A stretch of DNA of 49,634 bases from Promethearchaeota archaeon (GTDB lineage Archaea; Asgardarchaeota; Lokiarchaeia; Sigyniarchaeales; SOKP01). The translations under genes were made by a program, and so were the position numbers. Every line of letters starts with the position of its first letter. Position 1 is the stretch's first letter. The stretch spans positions 1 to 49,634 of the forward strand of contig JBHLME010000015.1 in assembly GCA_048938445.1 (NCBI GenBank). The letters run 5' to 3'. Below the pieces are notes generated by a model. That model worked only from the letters and a program-made list of their open reading frames with translations, was not told where the DNA came from and searched no databases. Below, piece after piece: positions 19,185 to 29,606 of this stretch.

Positions 19185-19469
19185 TTAACCAATAAAATCA
19201 TTTCGAGAACCCATTAAAGTAGTGGTTTCTTCTATCCATTGACCAAGATCAGGATCAACTCGGCAGAAGGTGACTATTTTATCTAAATCATTCAATTTAC
19301 TAAAACTACACTCAATTATTATGTCCCATCCACCATAGACCGGAGTAGCATAGGTTATTTTCCAATCTTCTCCTTCTTCTGCTGATGATTTTCCTCGCAG
19401 TATATTTGTTATCTCCCATTCTTTTCCAATAGTTTTTAGTCTAATCAATATATATCCTCTATAATAAAT
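19185..19469 (-). CDS. Small Lrp/AsnC ligand-binding (RAM)-like protein; start uncertain (ATT 19469 or TTG 19448)
   Basis: YRGYILIRL..VYGGWDII..DLDKIV..IEETTTL fits the beta-alpha-beta-beta-alpha-beta RAM pattern. Confidence 0.65.
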   Translation of the reverse strand: MYYRGYILIRLKTIGKEWEITNILRGKSSAEEGEDWKITYATPVYGGWDIIIECSFSKLNDLDKIVTFCRVDPDLGQWIEETTTLMGSRNDFIG

Positions 19470-19568
19470 CTTTTGAACACCTCTTTTATTAGTTTTTATT
19501 TTTTATTATATTTGATTTAATTTAATTCCATAAATTAAAATTGAAGTGAAATTTAACTATTAATATTT

Positions 19569-22500
19569 TTACCAGTAAACTTCCTTCAAATTAGAATGGT
19601 AATCATTGAGAGATTTAACGACTAATTTTTTCTCCCTTACATTTTCAATTGCATCTACAATTGTTTTAGCAAGTTGTAAATTAATTATTACTGGAATATT
19701 ATAATCAACTGCCATTCTCCTGATTTTATATTCATCCTCAATTATTTTTCTAAATTTATCTTCCACGGTTGTGGGGAGTGGAATGTTGATTACCATATCA
19801 ATACGTCCTTCTTGCAAGCATTCCATGATATTAGGCTCCATTCCCTTTTCATGAACTTTATAAAGTCTCACGACATCGATATCATTATTTCTCAATGCTT
19901 TAGCTGTATCTTCTGTAGCAAAAATTGTAAATCCCAGATCTCTTAATTTTTTAGCAATTGGGATCACTTCTTGCTTTAATTCATCCCCTCCAACAGAAAT
20001 CAAAACATTACCCCCTTCCACAGGGATATATTGCTCAGCAGCTTCAAGAGCCTTTAGTAAAGCATCTTGAAAATCATCCCCAATAACTGCGACTTCTCCT
20101 GTACTATTCATTTCAACTCCAAGTATCACATCTGCTTTATCCAAGCGCATAAATGAAAACATTGGTGCTTTAACTCCAACGAATTCACCGTAAGGTAAAT
20201 TCAGTAATCTTTCTGGAATTTTTCCACCCATGATTACTTCCGCTGCTAATTTCATGAGGTTGATACCTCGAGTTTTTGATACGTATGGCATGCTCCGGCT
20301 AGAACGTAAGTTGCATTCAATAACAAATACTTCATCATTTTTCACAAGGTATTGAATGTTAAAAGGTCCCATTATTTTGAGAGATAAAGCAATTTTTTTT
20401 GTATAATCATCTATATCCTTCTTGACTTTTTCGGAGATTGTTTGAGGCGGCAGAGCCATCGTCGCATCACCTGAATGTACCCCCGCATTTTCGATATGTT
20501 CCACGATTGCACCTATTAGAACCTTCTCACCATCACAAATACCATCACATTCAACTTCAAGGGAATTAGTGAAAAATTTTGTAATAACGACAGGATATTC
20601 TCGCGAAACAGCTGCGGCCAAATCGAGCGTGTCATTGAGTGTTTTTTCATCATAACATACTCTCATTGCAGCACCACTTAAGACATAAGAAGGTCTTACA
20701 AGAACGGGATATTTAACCTTATTTGCGAACTCTAAGGCTTCTTCTTTAGTCGTTAGCATTGCCCATTCAGGTTGCTTAATTCCCAGTTGATCTAACAAAC
20801 CACTAAATTTACTTCTATCTTCTGCCATATCAACTCGAGAACCATGTGTCCCTAAAATATTTATGTTTGTCTTACGGTAAAAATCAGAATATTTTGCAAA
20901 CTTTGCGGCGAGATTTTGTGCAATCTGTCCACCAGCATTCAATACAATACCATAAGGTCTCTCTAATTCACATATGTCTAAAACTCTCTCTCCTGATAAT
21001 TCTTCAAAATATAAGCGGTCAGAAACATCATAATCTGTTGATACTGTTTCAGGATTATAATTTATGATTATTGCTTTATCAACATCTAACTTCTGTAAAC
21101 CCCAGAGACAATTTACAGAGCCCCAATCAAATTCAACGCTTGCTCCAATACGATACGTGCCTGAACCTAGTACAATTACTTTTTTCTCATGTTCTTCTTG
21201 ACTGTATTTAATATCATGTTTATTACCCCAATATGTTAGATATAAATAATGTCGTTCTGGAACACATTGACCTGCTAAAGTGTCAATTTGTTTAACATAT
21301 GGCACTATATCATATCGTTTTCTTAAACGTCTTATTGTTGGTGTATCAATACCTATAATTTTTGCTATTTGTCCGTCTGAAAAACCATATCTCTTTGCTC
21401 TAGTTAGTAGATGCTGTTTTTCTTCATCACTAGAGCCTAAGAAGTCTAACTGTTCAAGTTGGTTTTCAATATCAATAATATTTTTTAACTTATAAAGAAA
21501 CCACTTGTCAACTCGAGAGCGTTCATAAATTTCATCAATTGAAATCCCTCGTTTAATCGCCTCCCCGATTCTTAAAAACCTTAAATCAGTTGGGTTTCTC
21601 AATTCGTATTTTAATTCGTTAATATCTTCTATAGGTTTAATTTCATTTGCAACAAATCCTTTTAAACCAATATCTAGCATTCGAAGTGCTTTTTGGCAAA
21701 TTTCCTCAAAATTTCTACCAATACTCATGCACTCACCCACTCCTTTCATTTGAGGACCGATATGTCTATCTACTTTCTCAAATTTTGTCAAATCCCATCT
21801 TGGATATTTTAACACCATGTAATCAGTAGCGGGTTCAAAATTAGCTGTTGTTTTTAAAGTTATTTGGTTTAATAACTCAGGTAAAGTGTAACCTATTGCC
21901 ACCTTAGCTGCAATATATGCTAATGGATAACCTGTTGCTTTTGAAGCTAAAGCAGAAGATCTAGACAATCTAGCATTAATTTCGATGGCTCTAAATTTTT
22001 TTGAAAATGGATCAAGGGCCCATTGTATGTTACATTCTCCAACCACACCCACACCCCTAGTTGCCCGAATTGATGCTGAGCGTAGTATTTGTAATTCTTC
22101 ATCTGTTAAAGTTTGAGCAGGAGCTATAACTATACTGTCCCCCGTATGAATACCACAAGGATCTACATTTTCCATACTGCAATTAATGAAACAGTTATCT
22201 TCAGCATCTCTTAGGATTTCAAATTCAATTTCTTTCCAACCCCAAACACTTTCTTCAATTAAAATTTGATGGATTCTTGATTGTGCTAAACCTCTTTTTG
22301 CCATCCTTTCAAACTGTTCCCAATTGTGTATAATCCCTGATCCTTTACCTCCTAAGACATAAGCGACCCTTAACATGAGGGGAAATTCAAGTTCTTTAGC
22401 ATATTCTTTAGCTTCTTTATATGAATTGACTGCTTTACTTAGACATACAGGACAATCTGCTTCAGCCATTGCTTTGACAAAAAGGTCTCGATCTTCAGTA

Positions 22501-22874
22501 GCTTCTATTGCTTTTATAGGTGTTCCCAAAACCTTTATATTATATTTATCCAGGATTCCCGCTTCATGTAATTCAACAGCAACATTCAATCCCGTTTGAC
22601 CACCAAAAGAAGTACAAATCCCATCAGGTCGTTCCTTTTTTATAATTTCTTCAACATATTTAACATTTATAGGTTGTAAATATACTTTATCAGCCATCTG
22701 TGGATCTGTTTGAATTGTCGCAATGTTTGGATTTACTAGTATAGTTTCAATCCCTTCTTCATTTAAAGCCTTAAGTACTTGACTTCCACTATAGTCAAAT
22801 TCTCCTGCCTGACCAATTCTAACTGCACCAGAACCTAATATTAAAACTTTTTTTAAAGAATTATCTAAAGGCAT
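19569..22874 (-). CDS. carB: Carbamoyl-phosphate synthase large subunit, copy 2
   Basis: IGQAGEFDYSGSQ, NPNIATIQTD, HTGDS, EINARLSRSSALASKATGYP, NPETVSTDYD, RPSYVLSG, HSGDA, C-terminal MGS-like domain. Confidence 0.96.
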   Translation of the reverse strand: MPLDNSLKKVLILGSGAVRIGQAGEFDYSGSQVLKALNEEGIETILVNPNIATIQTDPQMADKVYLQPINVKYVEEIIKKERPDGICTSFGGQTGLNVAVELHEAGILDKYNIKVLGTPIKAIEATEDRDLFVKAMAEADCPVCLSKAVNSYKEAKEYAKELEFPLMLRVAYVLGGKGSGIIHNWEQFERMAKRGLAQSRIHQILIEESVWGWKEIEFEILRDAEDNCFINCSMENVDPCGIHTGDSIVIAPAQTLTDEELQILRSASIRATRGVGVVGECNIQWALDPFSKKFRAIEINARLSRSSALASKATGYPLAYIAAKVAIGYTLPELLNQITLKTTANFEPATDYMVLKYPRWDLTKFEKVDRHIGPQMKGVGECMSIGRNFEEICQKALRMLDIGLKGFVANEIKPIEDINELKYELRNPTDLRFLRIGEAIKRGISIDEIYERSRVDKWFLYKLKNIIDIENQLEQLDFLGSSDEEKQHLLTRAKRYGFSDGQIAKIIGIDTPTIRRLRKRYDIVPYVKQIDTLAGQCVPERHYLYLTYWGNKHDIKYSQEEHEKKVIVLGSGTYRIGASVEFDWGSVNCLWGLQKLDVDKAIIINYNPETVSTDYDVSDRLYFEELSGERVLDICELERPYGIVLNAGGQIAQNLAAKFAKYSDFYRKTNINILGTHGSRVDMAEDRSKFSGLLDQLGIKQPEWAMLTTKEEALEFANKVKYPVLVRPSYVLSGAAMRVCYDEKTLNDTLDLAAAVSREYPVVITKFFTNSLEVECDGICDGEKVLIGAIVEHIENAGVHSGDATMALPPQTISEKVKKDIDDYTKKIALSLKIMGPFNIQYLVKNDEVFVIECNLRSSRSMPYVSKTRGINLMKLAAEVIMGGKIPERLLNLPYGEFVGVKAPMFSFMRLDKADVILGVEMNSTGEVAVIGDDFQDALLKALEAAEQYIPVEGGNVLISVGGDELKQEVIPIAKKLRDLGFTIFATEDTAKALRNNDIDVVRLYKVHEKGMEPNIMECLQEGRIDMVINIPLPTTVEDKFRKIIEDEYKIRRMAVDYNIPVIINLQLAKTIVDAIENVREKKLVVKSLNDYHSNLKEVYW

Positions 22875-22878
22875 ACTT

Positions 22879-24012
22879 CTACAACTCCAGTAATTTAATA
22901 AATTTGTTAAAAATCAGTTCCCTCATATCTAGTGCTCCTGGTGATCCTTCAGGATTGAATGCCACCGAAAATATTGGTTTGTTCTCATGTATCAATCCTT
23001 CATTTGTATTATCGTCCTTATCATAGAAATATTGTTTAAAACCATTCATTTCACAATCCTTTAAAAAATACGCATGATTTTGAAAAGTAATGAAACAATG
23101 GTCAGTTGCGCTTTCTACAGTAGTTCGCCCTCCACGATGTTCAGCAGTTAACTTGTATGAAGTCATTCCTGCTGCAAGTCCTAATATAACATGCCCTAAA
23201 CCGATTCCTATTGTTGGAATAGAATTATCAATTAACTTTTTAACAGTATCTATTGTTTTTTTATATATTAGGGGATTTCCAGGTCCATTAGTAATTAAAA
23301 TACCATTTGGATTTAGCCCTATTATTTTTTCATAACTATAATCATACGGAGCAATAATTACATCTAAATTTTTTTGTAATAATGTTCTAAGCAAACCATT
23401 TTTTACTCCCAAATCTAATATGAGGATCTTCCCTTTAGGATTTGATAAAGAGAATTTTTTAATTTCTTTAACTGAAACCATCTCAACGAGGTTATTTTGA
23501 CTTGGATCTACAATCTTTTTAACTTCATTCTTCAATTCTTCAATATTTGGGTTTTCACCCTCTTCATAGACTTCAAGCAAACCCAATTGTGAGCCTTTTT
23601 CCACGAATGTTTGAGTCATAGCTCTCGTATCGACCCATTGGATACCAGGAATGTTTTGTTCTAGAAGCCATTCTTCTAATGTCCTTATTGACTCGTAATG
23701 GTTTGGATTTTGACAATATTCATTAACAATTATACCTTTTAATTGAATAGAATCAGACTCAAAATGTCGAAGAATTCCATTTTCATCTATTTCTCTTGCG
23801 GGTACACCATAATTACCTATAGAAGGATAAGTAAATAGGACGATGTTGTCTTTAAATGTGCTATCTGTTAAAATCTCGATATAACCTGATCCTGGAATAG
23901 AGGTAAATGTTATTTCTCCAGATACTTTATTTATTGCTCCAAATCCTATCCCTTCATAATAAGTTCCGTCTTGGAACATTAAAATAGCAGATCTTTCCGT
24001 TTTATAAATCAT
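22879..24012 (-). CDS. carA: Carbamoyl-phosphate synthase small-subunit homolog lacking the catalytic Cys and His
   Basis: Full length (377 aa) with GNYG, DTRA, DLGVK, NGPGNP and QNH, but GIGLGHV replaces GICLGxQ and FNPE replaces FHPE. Confidence 0.9.
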   Translation of the reverse strand: MIYKTERSAILMFQDGTYYEGIGFGAINKVSGEITFTSIPGSGYIEILTDSTFKDNIVLFTYPSIGNYGVPAREIDENGILRHFESDSIQLKGIIVNEYCQNPNHYESIRTLEEWLLEQNIPGIQWVDTRAMTQTFVEKGSQLGLLEVYEEGENPNIEELKNEVKKIVDPSQNNLVEMVSVKEIKKFSLSNPKGKILILDLGVKNGLLRTLLQKNLDVIIAPYDYSYEKIIGLNPNGILITNGPGNPLIYKKTIDTVKKLIDNSIPTIGIGLGHVILGLAAGMTSYKLTAEHRGGRTTVESATDHCFITFQNHAYFLKDCEMNGFKQYFYDKDDNTNEGLIHENKPIFSVAFNPEGSPGALDMRELIFNKFIKLLEL

Positions 24013-24142
24013 TTTTGCTCAAGAATCACGAAATTTTTAAAATATAATCTAATATAACTAATTAAATTATCTTAATGAATATAATAACCAGTCAATAATG
24101 AACTAATAAATTAATAAATAAGTTAGAATAATTAACGGATAA

Positions 24143-27100
24143 TTACCAATATACTTCTTTTAAGGTATCATGATATTCATTCAGGGATTTAATAGTAAGA
24201 GGTCTTTTTCTTACCTTTTCTATTGCCTCTACAACTGCTCGTGCTAATTCAAGATTAATTATTACAGGAAGATTGAAATCAACTGCCATTCTCCTTATCA
24301 AGTACTCATCTTCTAATATGATTCTAAATTTATCTTCCACTGTAGTAGGAAATGGAATATTTATTACCAAATCGATTGCACCATTTTGTAAGCATCCCAT
24401 AATGTTTGGTTCTTGACCATATTCGTGAACTTTATATAATTTTACTGCAAAAATACCATTTTCTTTCAAAACTTTCGCTGTATCCTCAGTTGCAAATATT
24501 GTGAAACCCATTTTTTTTAATTTTTTTGCTAACGGAACGACTTGCATTTTTAATTCTTCACCACCTACTGAAATCAATACATTACCACCATTAATAGGAA
24601 TATTCATTTCAGTAGCTTCTAATGCATTTATTAAAGCGGATGGAAAATCATTCCCAAGAACGCCTATTTCGCCTGTGGAGCTCATTTCAACTGAAAGAAC
24701 GGGATCTGCCTTGTCAAGCCTCATAAATGAAAACATTGGTGCCTTGATTCCAACATAATCACCATAAGGTAAATTCATGAGTCGTTCTGGAATTTTTTTA
24801 CCCATCATTACTTCTGCGGCTAATCTCATCAAATTTACACCTCGAGTCTTGGAAACATATGGCATACTGCGGCTAGATCTTAGATTACACTCAATAACGG
24901 ATACCTCTTCATTTTTCACGAGATATTGAACATTAAATGGACCAATGATTTTTAATGCAAGGGCAATCTTTTTTGTATATTCTTCAATTTTTTTTATAAT
25001 TTTTTCTGAAATTGTTTGTGGAGGGATTGCCATTGTTGCATCTCCACTGTGGATACCCGCATTTTCAATATGTTCAACAATTGCCCCAATAAATACATTT
25101 TCTCCATCACATACTCCATCACATTCTATTTCCCGAGCATTAGTAAAAAACTTAGTAATGACTACAGGGTATTCATTAGAAACTGCTGCTGCTAAATCTA
25201 AAGTATCTTTTAACGTATGTTCATCATAGGATACTCTCATTGCAGCTCCACTCAAGACATAAGAAGGTCTAATCAAAACAGGATATCCCACGGAACGTGC
25301 AAATTCCACGGCTTTTTCTTTATTGACAAGTGCAGCCCATTCAGGTTGCTTTATTCCAAGTTGATCCAATAAACTACTAAATTTTGAACGATCCTCTGCC
25401 ATATCAATTCGTGTCCCATGAGTTCCTAATATGTTTAAACCTGTTTTACCAAAAAATTCTGAATATTTTGAAAATTTTGTGGCCAAATTATTTGCAATCT
25501 GCCCACCAGCAGATACTATGACACCATATGCTTTTTCAAGTTCACAAATGTCTAACACTCGTTCTCCACTTAATTCTTCAAAATATAATTTATCTGAAAT
25601 ATCGTAATCCGTGGAAACTGTTTCTGGATTATAATTAATAATAATAGCTTGATCCACTCCCAAATTCTTTAAACCCCAAAGACAGTTAACAGATCCCCAA
25701 TCAAATTCTACTGATGCGCCAATACGATATGTTCCTGAACCTAATACAATGACTTTTTTCAAATTTTTTCGAGTTTCTTGTTCAAAATCAATATCATGCT
25801 CTGATGCAGAATAAGTAAGATACAGATAATTGGTAATAGCAGGCCACTCCGCAGCCAAAGTATCTATACGTTTTATGTAAGGTTGAATTTGGAAATTTTT
25901 TCGTAATTTTCGAACGATAATCGAATCAATTCCCATTATCTTGGCTATTTGACCATCCGAAAAGCCGAATCGTTTTGCTCTTTCAAACCAATAATGTTTT
26001 TCCTCATTACTTGATTCTAATAAATCAAGTTCTTTTAGATTTTTTTCAATATCATTTATATTTTTTAGTTTATATAAAAACCACTTGTCGACTCGAGATA
26101 ATTCATAAATCTCATCTATAGATAAACCTCTTTTTATAGCTTCACCTAATCTAAATACCCTTAAATCGGTAGGATTTCGTAATTCGTATTTTAACTCATT
26201 AAGATCCTCAATAGGTTCCAAATCATTTGCAATAAAACCTTTCATACCAATATCAAGCATTCTTATGGCTTTTTGAAGCACTTCCTCAAATGTTCTTCCA
26301 ATAGCCATAACTTCACCTACAGATTTCATTTGACTTCCAATATGACGATCGACTTTTTGAAATTTGGTTAAATCCCATCGAGGAATCTTCAAAACTAAAT
26401 AATCTAAAGCGGGTTCGAAACAAGCAGTTGTTATTTCAGTGATTTTATTTTTTAATTCTGGGAGAGTATATCCTATCGCAAGCTTTGCTGCTATATAGGC
26501 TAAAGGATACCCTGTAGCTTTCGATGCTAAAGCAGATGATCTTGAAAGTCGTGCGTTTACTTCAATGACTCGAAATTCTTTTGATGTTGGATGGAGAGCG
26601 TATTGTATGTTACATTCACCAATTATCCCTAAATTTCTAATGACTCGAATTGAAGCAGATCGTAACATTTGATATTCTTCATTCGTGAGAGTTTGGCTTG
26701 GAGCTACTACTATGCTTTCCCCTGTATGGATACCAACAGGATCAAAATTTTCCATATTGCAGTTAATGAAACAATTATTAGCGGAGTCTCGAACGACTTC
26801 ATATTCGATTTCTTTCCAACCCCATACACTCTCCTCAATTAAAATTTGATTGATTCTTGACTGTGCTAATCCCTTTTTTGCCATTTTTTCAAAGTCTTTC
26901 ATATTATATATTATACCAGACCCTCTACCACCAAGCGTGTAAGCAACTCTAAGCATTAAAGGGAATCCGAAATTTTTAGCGACTTTAATTGCCTCTGAAT
27001 AGGAAGTAACTGCTTGGCTCCTACATACTTTCGCATCGGATTCATACATTGCCTTGACAAACAAATCTCGATCTTCTGTTGCCTCTATAGCCTCTATTGG

Positions 27101-27460
27101 CGTACCTAGAACCCGTACATTATATTTTTCCAGGATTCCTTCTTCTTTTAACTCAACACCTACATTTAAAGCGGTCTGTCCTCCAAAGGCAAGCAAAATT
27201 CCATCAGGTTTCTCTTTTTTGATAACTTCTTCAACATATTTCACATTAATGGGCAATAAATAAACTCTATCAGATAATTGCGGATCTGTTTGTATTGTCG
27301 CAATATTGGGATTAATCAGAATGGTTTCAATGCCTTCTTCCTTGAGAGCTTTCAGGACTTGGCTTCCAGAATAATCAAATTCGCCAGCTTGGCCAATTCG
27401 AATTCCACCAGATCCTAAAACTAAAGCTTTTTTAATGGATTTATCGAGAGGCATAATCAT
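24143..27460 (-). CDS. carB: Carbamoyl-phosphate synthase large subunit, copy 1
   Basis: Same CPS motifs, with HTGES and IDTLAAEWPA; start overlaps the carA stop (ATGA) or is ATG 27454. Confidence 0.96.
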   Translation of the reverse strand: MIMPLDKSIKKALVLGSGGIRIGQAGEFDYSGSQVLKALKEEGIETILINPNIATIQTDPQLSDRVYLLPINVKYVEEVIKKEKPDGILLAFGGQTALNVGVELKEEGILEKYNVRVLGTPIEAIEATEDRDLFVKAMYESDAKVCRSQAVTSYSEAIKVAKNFGFPLMLRVAYTLGGRGSGIIYNMKDFEKMAKKGLAQSRINQILIEESVWGWKEIEYEVVRDSANNCFINCNMENFDPVGIHTGESIVVAPSQTLTNEEYQMLRSASIRVIRNLGIIGECNIQYALHPTSKEFRVIEVNARLSRSSALASKATGYPLAYIAAKLAIGYTLPELKNKITEITTACFEPALDYLVLKIPRWDLTKFQKVDRHIGSQMKSVGEVMAIGRTFEEVLQKAIRMLDIGMKGFIANDLEPIEDLNELKYELRNPTDLRVFRLGEAIKRGLSIDEIYELSRVDKWFLYKLKNINDIEKNLKELDLLESSNEEKHYWFERAKRFGFSDGQIAKIMGIDSIIVRKLRKNFQIQPYIKRIDTLAAEWPAITNYLYLTYSASEHDIDFEQETRKNLKKVIVLGSGTYRIGASVEFDWGSVNCLWGLKNLGVDQAIIINYNPETVSTDYDISDKLYFEELSGERVLDICELEKAYGVIVSAGGQIANNLATKFSKYSEFFGKTGLNILGTHGTRIDMAEDRSKFSSLLDQLGIKQPEWAALVNKEKAVEFARSVGYPVLIRPSYVLSGAAMRVSYDEHTLKDTLDLAAAVSNEYPVVITKFFTNAREIECDGVCDGENVFIGAIVEHIENAGIHSGDATMAIPPQTISEKIIKKIEEYTKKIALALKIIGPFNVQYLVKNEEVSVIECNLRSSRSMPYVSKTRGVNLMRLAAEVMMGKKIPERLMNLPYGDYVGIKAPMFSFMRLDKADPVLSVEMSSTGEIGVLGNDFPSALINALEATEMNIPINGGNVLISVGGEELKMQVVPLAKKLKKMGFTIFATEDTAKVLKENGIFAVKLYKVHEYGQEPNIMGCLQNGAIDLVINIPFPTTVEDKFRIILEDEYLIRRMAVDFNLPVIINLELARAVVEAIEKVRKRPLTIKSLNEYHDTLKEVYW

Positions 27461-28593
27461 AACTCCATTAATTCCATAAATTTATCAAATAAATATAAAG
27501 AATCTAAAGGTCCTGGAGACGCTTCTGGGTGAAATTGGACAGCAAAAATAGGTTTGCTCTCATGAAAGAGCCCTTCATTTGATTGATCATCAACATTTTT
27601 TAGAAATTCCTTAAATCCTTCTTTTTCAAAGTCTTTGATACAGAACCCATGATTTTGTGAGGTAATAAAGCATTTTTGATTTTCAGGATTAATCACGGTC
27701 TTATTGCCTCCTCTATGACCGTATTTTAACTTATATGAGGCCCCTCCCGCTGCCAAACCAAGGATTTGGTTCCCTAAACATATCCCAAATGTGGGAATAT
27801 CATTTTTAATTAATTTTTTACACACTTCTATGGCACTTTTATAAATTGCAGGATCTCCTGGACCATTTGAAATGAATACGCCATTAGGTTTAAACTCCAT
27901 TATTTGTTCATAAGTATAATTATATGGTACTACAATTATTTCAAGACCCCTTCGAGCAAAATTCCTTAATATATTTAGTTTAACACCCAAATCCAAGATG
28001 ACTACTTTCCCAATAGGATTCTTGGGGCCATATTCTTTAACTTCTTTTGTACAAACCTCACTTGAAAGTTCTCGGTTATTGGGATCTTCAGCATCCCTTA
28101 CTAGTTTTTTTAACTTTTCAATATCTGGTTTCACACCATGCTCATATACTGCTAAAAGACCAATTTGAACACCTTCTTCTCTTAAAATCTTAGTAACTGC
28201 TCGAGTATCAATCCACTCAATCCCTGGGACGTTTTGTTCTCTCAGGAATTCATCTAATTTTTTCACGCTTTGGTAATGGCTTGGATGCTTGCAGCATTCA
28301 TTTACAACAAAACCAGTTACCTTGACTGAATCAGATTCGAAATACTTGGTGATACCATATTCATCCTTTTCCCAGGCAGGAACACCATAATTACCTACGA
28401 GAGGATGAGTCATTGTAACGATCTGGCCTTGATATGAGGGATCTGTTAATGTTTCATTGTATCCCGCACCCGTCATTGTATTAAAAACAAGTTCTCCCGT
28501 GACAATTTTTGTTGCTCCAAAACCAATCCCCTGAAAATATCGCCCGTCTTGAAGCATTAAAATCGCGGGTCTTTCATTCTTATAAATAACCAT
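27457..28593 (-). CDS. carA: Carbamoyl-phosphate synthase small subunit (glutaminase motifs intact)
   Basis: SNGPGDP, FGICLGNQ, GHRGGN, SQNHG, QFHPEASPGP: intact Cys-His-Glu triad. Confidence 0.96.
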   Translation of the reverse strand: MVIYKNERPAILMLQDGRYFQGIGFGATKIVTGELVFNTMTGAGYNETLTDPSYQGQIVTMTHPLVGNYGVPAWEKDEYGITKYFESDSVKVTGFVVNECCKHPSHYQSVKKLDEFLREQNVPGIEWIDTRAVTKILREEGVQIGLLAVYEHGVKPDIEKLKKLVRDAEDPNNRELSSEVCTKEVKEYGPKNPIGKVVILDLGVKLNILRNFARRGLEIIVVPYNYTYEQIMEFKPNGVFISNGPGDPAIYKSAIEVCKKLIKNDIPTFGICLGNQILGLAAGGASYKLKYGHRGGNKTVINPENQKCFITSQNHGFCIKDFEKEGFKEFLKNVDDQSNEGLFHESKPIFAVQFHPEASPGPLDSLYLFDKFMELMEL

Positions 28594-28739
28594 TAGTGCT
28601 AAAGTTTTAATTATTCTCTTAAAATCTTAAATCAAAGATACCTAATATTTTTTTTGAATATCATTTATTAACAAGTAGACAATCTTTAGGAATATAAATC
28701 CCTTTTTAAAAATGAAAATAAATTCAACCTAAAGATTAT

Positions 28740-29321
28740 TCAAGGCTTTCTTAATTTTAATTCTATTCCATCTTTAGCTGCTTGATCGCGTAATAATCCT
28801 TTTAGTATTTTTGATCTTGACTTTAAATCACTTATACTTATATGATCTGCTTTAATTTGCTGTTCACAAGCTTGTAAGATGTTATTCAAACCATCTATTG
28901 AAATCAAGGTTACAGCAATACAAAAAAAGCTTTTTGAACGCCCATCATTGAATTGATTCAGCATTAATTCAAGTAACTTAATTCTTTTTTCTTGATTCTC
29001 TACAAATTTCTCAATACTCATTTCTTTTATTAACCGTAAATTGGAAAGTGACACTTTATGACTAATAAATGAGTCACCTAAATCCCATTTTGCTATCTTA
29101 GAGCATGGAAAATCATCACATTCAGCACAAGTTTCATACCCATTCTTTTTTACACAACATGTTATAATTGAACATGAAGGATGCTTGTCAAAAAAATCAG
29201 GACCGCAACATCCGGGACATCTTGAAGGCCCTTCCGTGTAATATGTAGGACATAATCCACAATCGAGGCCACAACAAGCAATGGTTGGATATTTTTTTAA
29301 AGGTTTTTTTTCCATTTTCAA
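28740..29321 (-). CDS. DUF3795-type Cys-rich metal-binding protein
   Basis: IACCGLDCGLCP..CPGC..CSIITCC..TCAECDDFPC; start may be ATG 29315. Confidence 0.75.
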   Translation of the reverse strand: MKMEKKPLKKYPTIACCGLDCGLCPTYYTEGPSRCPGCCGPDFFDKHPSCSIITCCVKKNGYETCAECDDFPCSKIAKWDLGDSFISHKVSLSNLRLIKEMSIEKFVENQEKRIKLLELMLNQFNDGRSKSFFCIAVTLISIDGLNNILQACEQQIKADHISISDLKSRSKILKGLLRDQAAKDGIELKLRKP

Positions 29322-29606
29322 GTATTTCTAATTGCTTAATTAAATGAAATTATCTTATAATCTTAGATAAGAAAAATTACTTATTAATAGTTTAACACCT
29401 GAAATTAAGTAAAAAAAAAATACTATTTGAAGTAAAATGATTAAAATAAGTTTCCGTCTATATTAATGATACGTTGATAAATTTTCGTTTATATGTTCAG
29501 TTTTTAAAGATGTGAAAACAAATATAAGTATAGGTTATTATATTTTTATTAAAGTAATTTTTAATCATAAATACAGTTTCTACAATAATAAAAGGTTATA
29601 TTAATC

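Noticed and set aside
22879-24012. carA copy 2 as a pseudogene
   Set aside because: The ORF is full length without stops or frameshifts despite heavy divergence, and it is tightly coupled (4-nt gap) to an intact carB.
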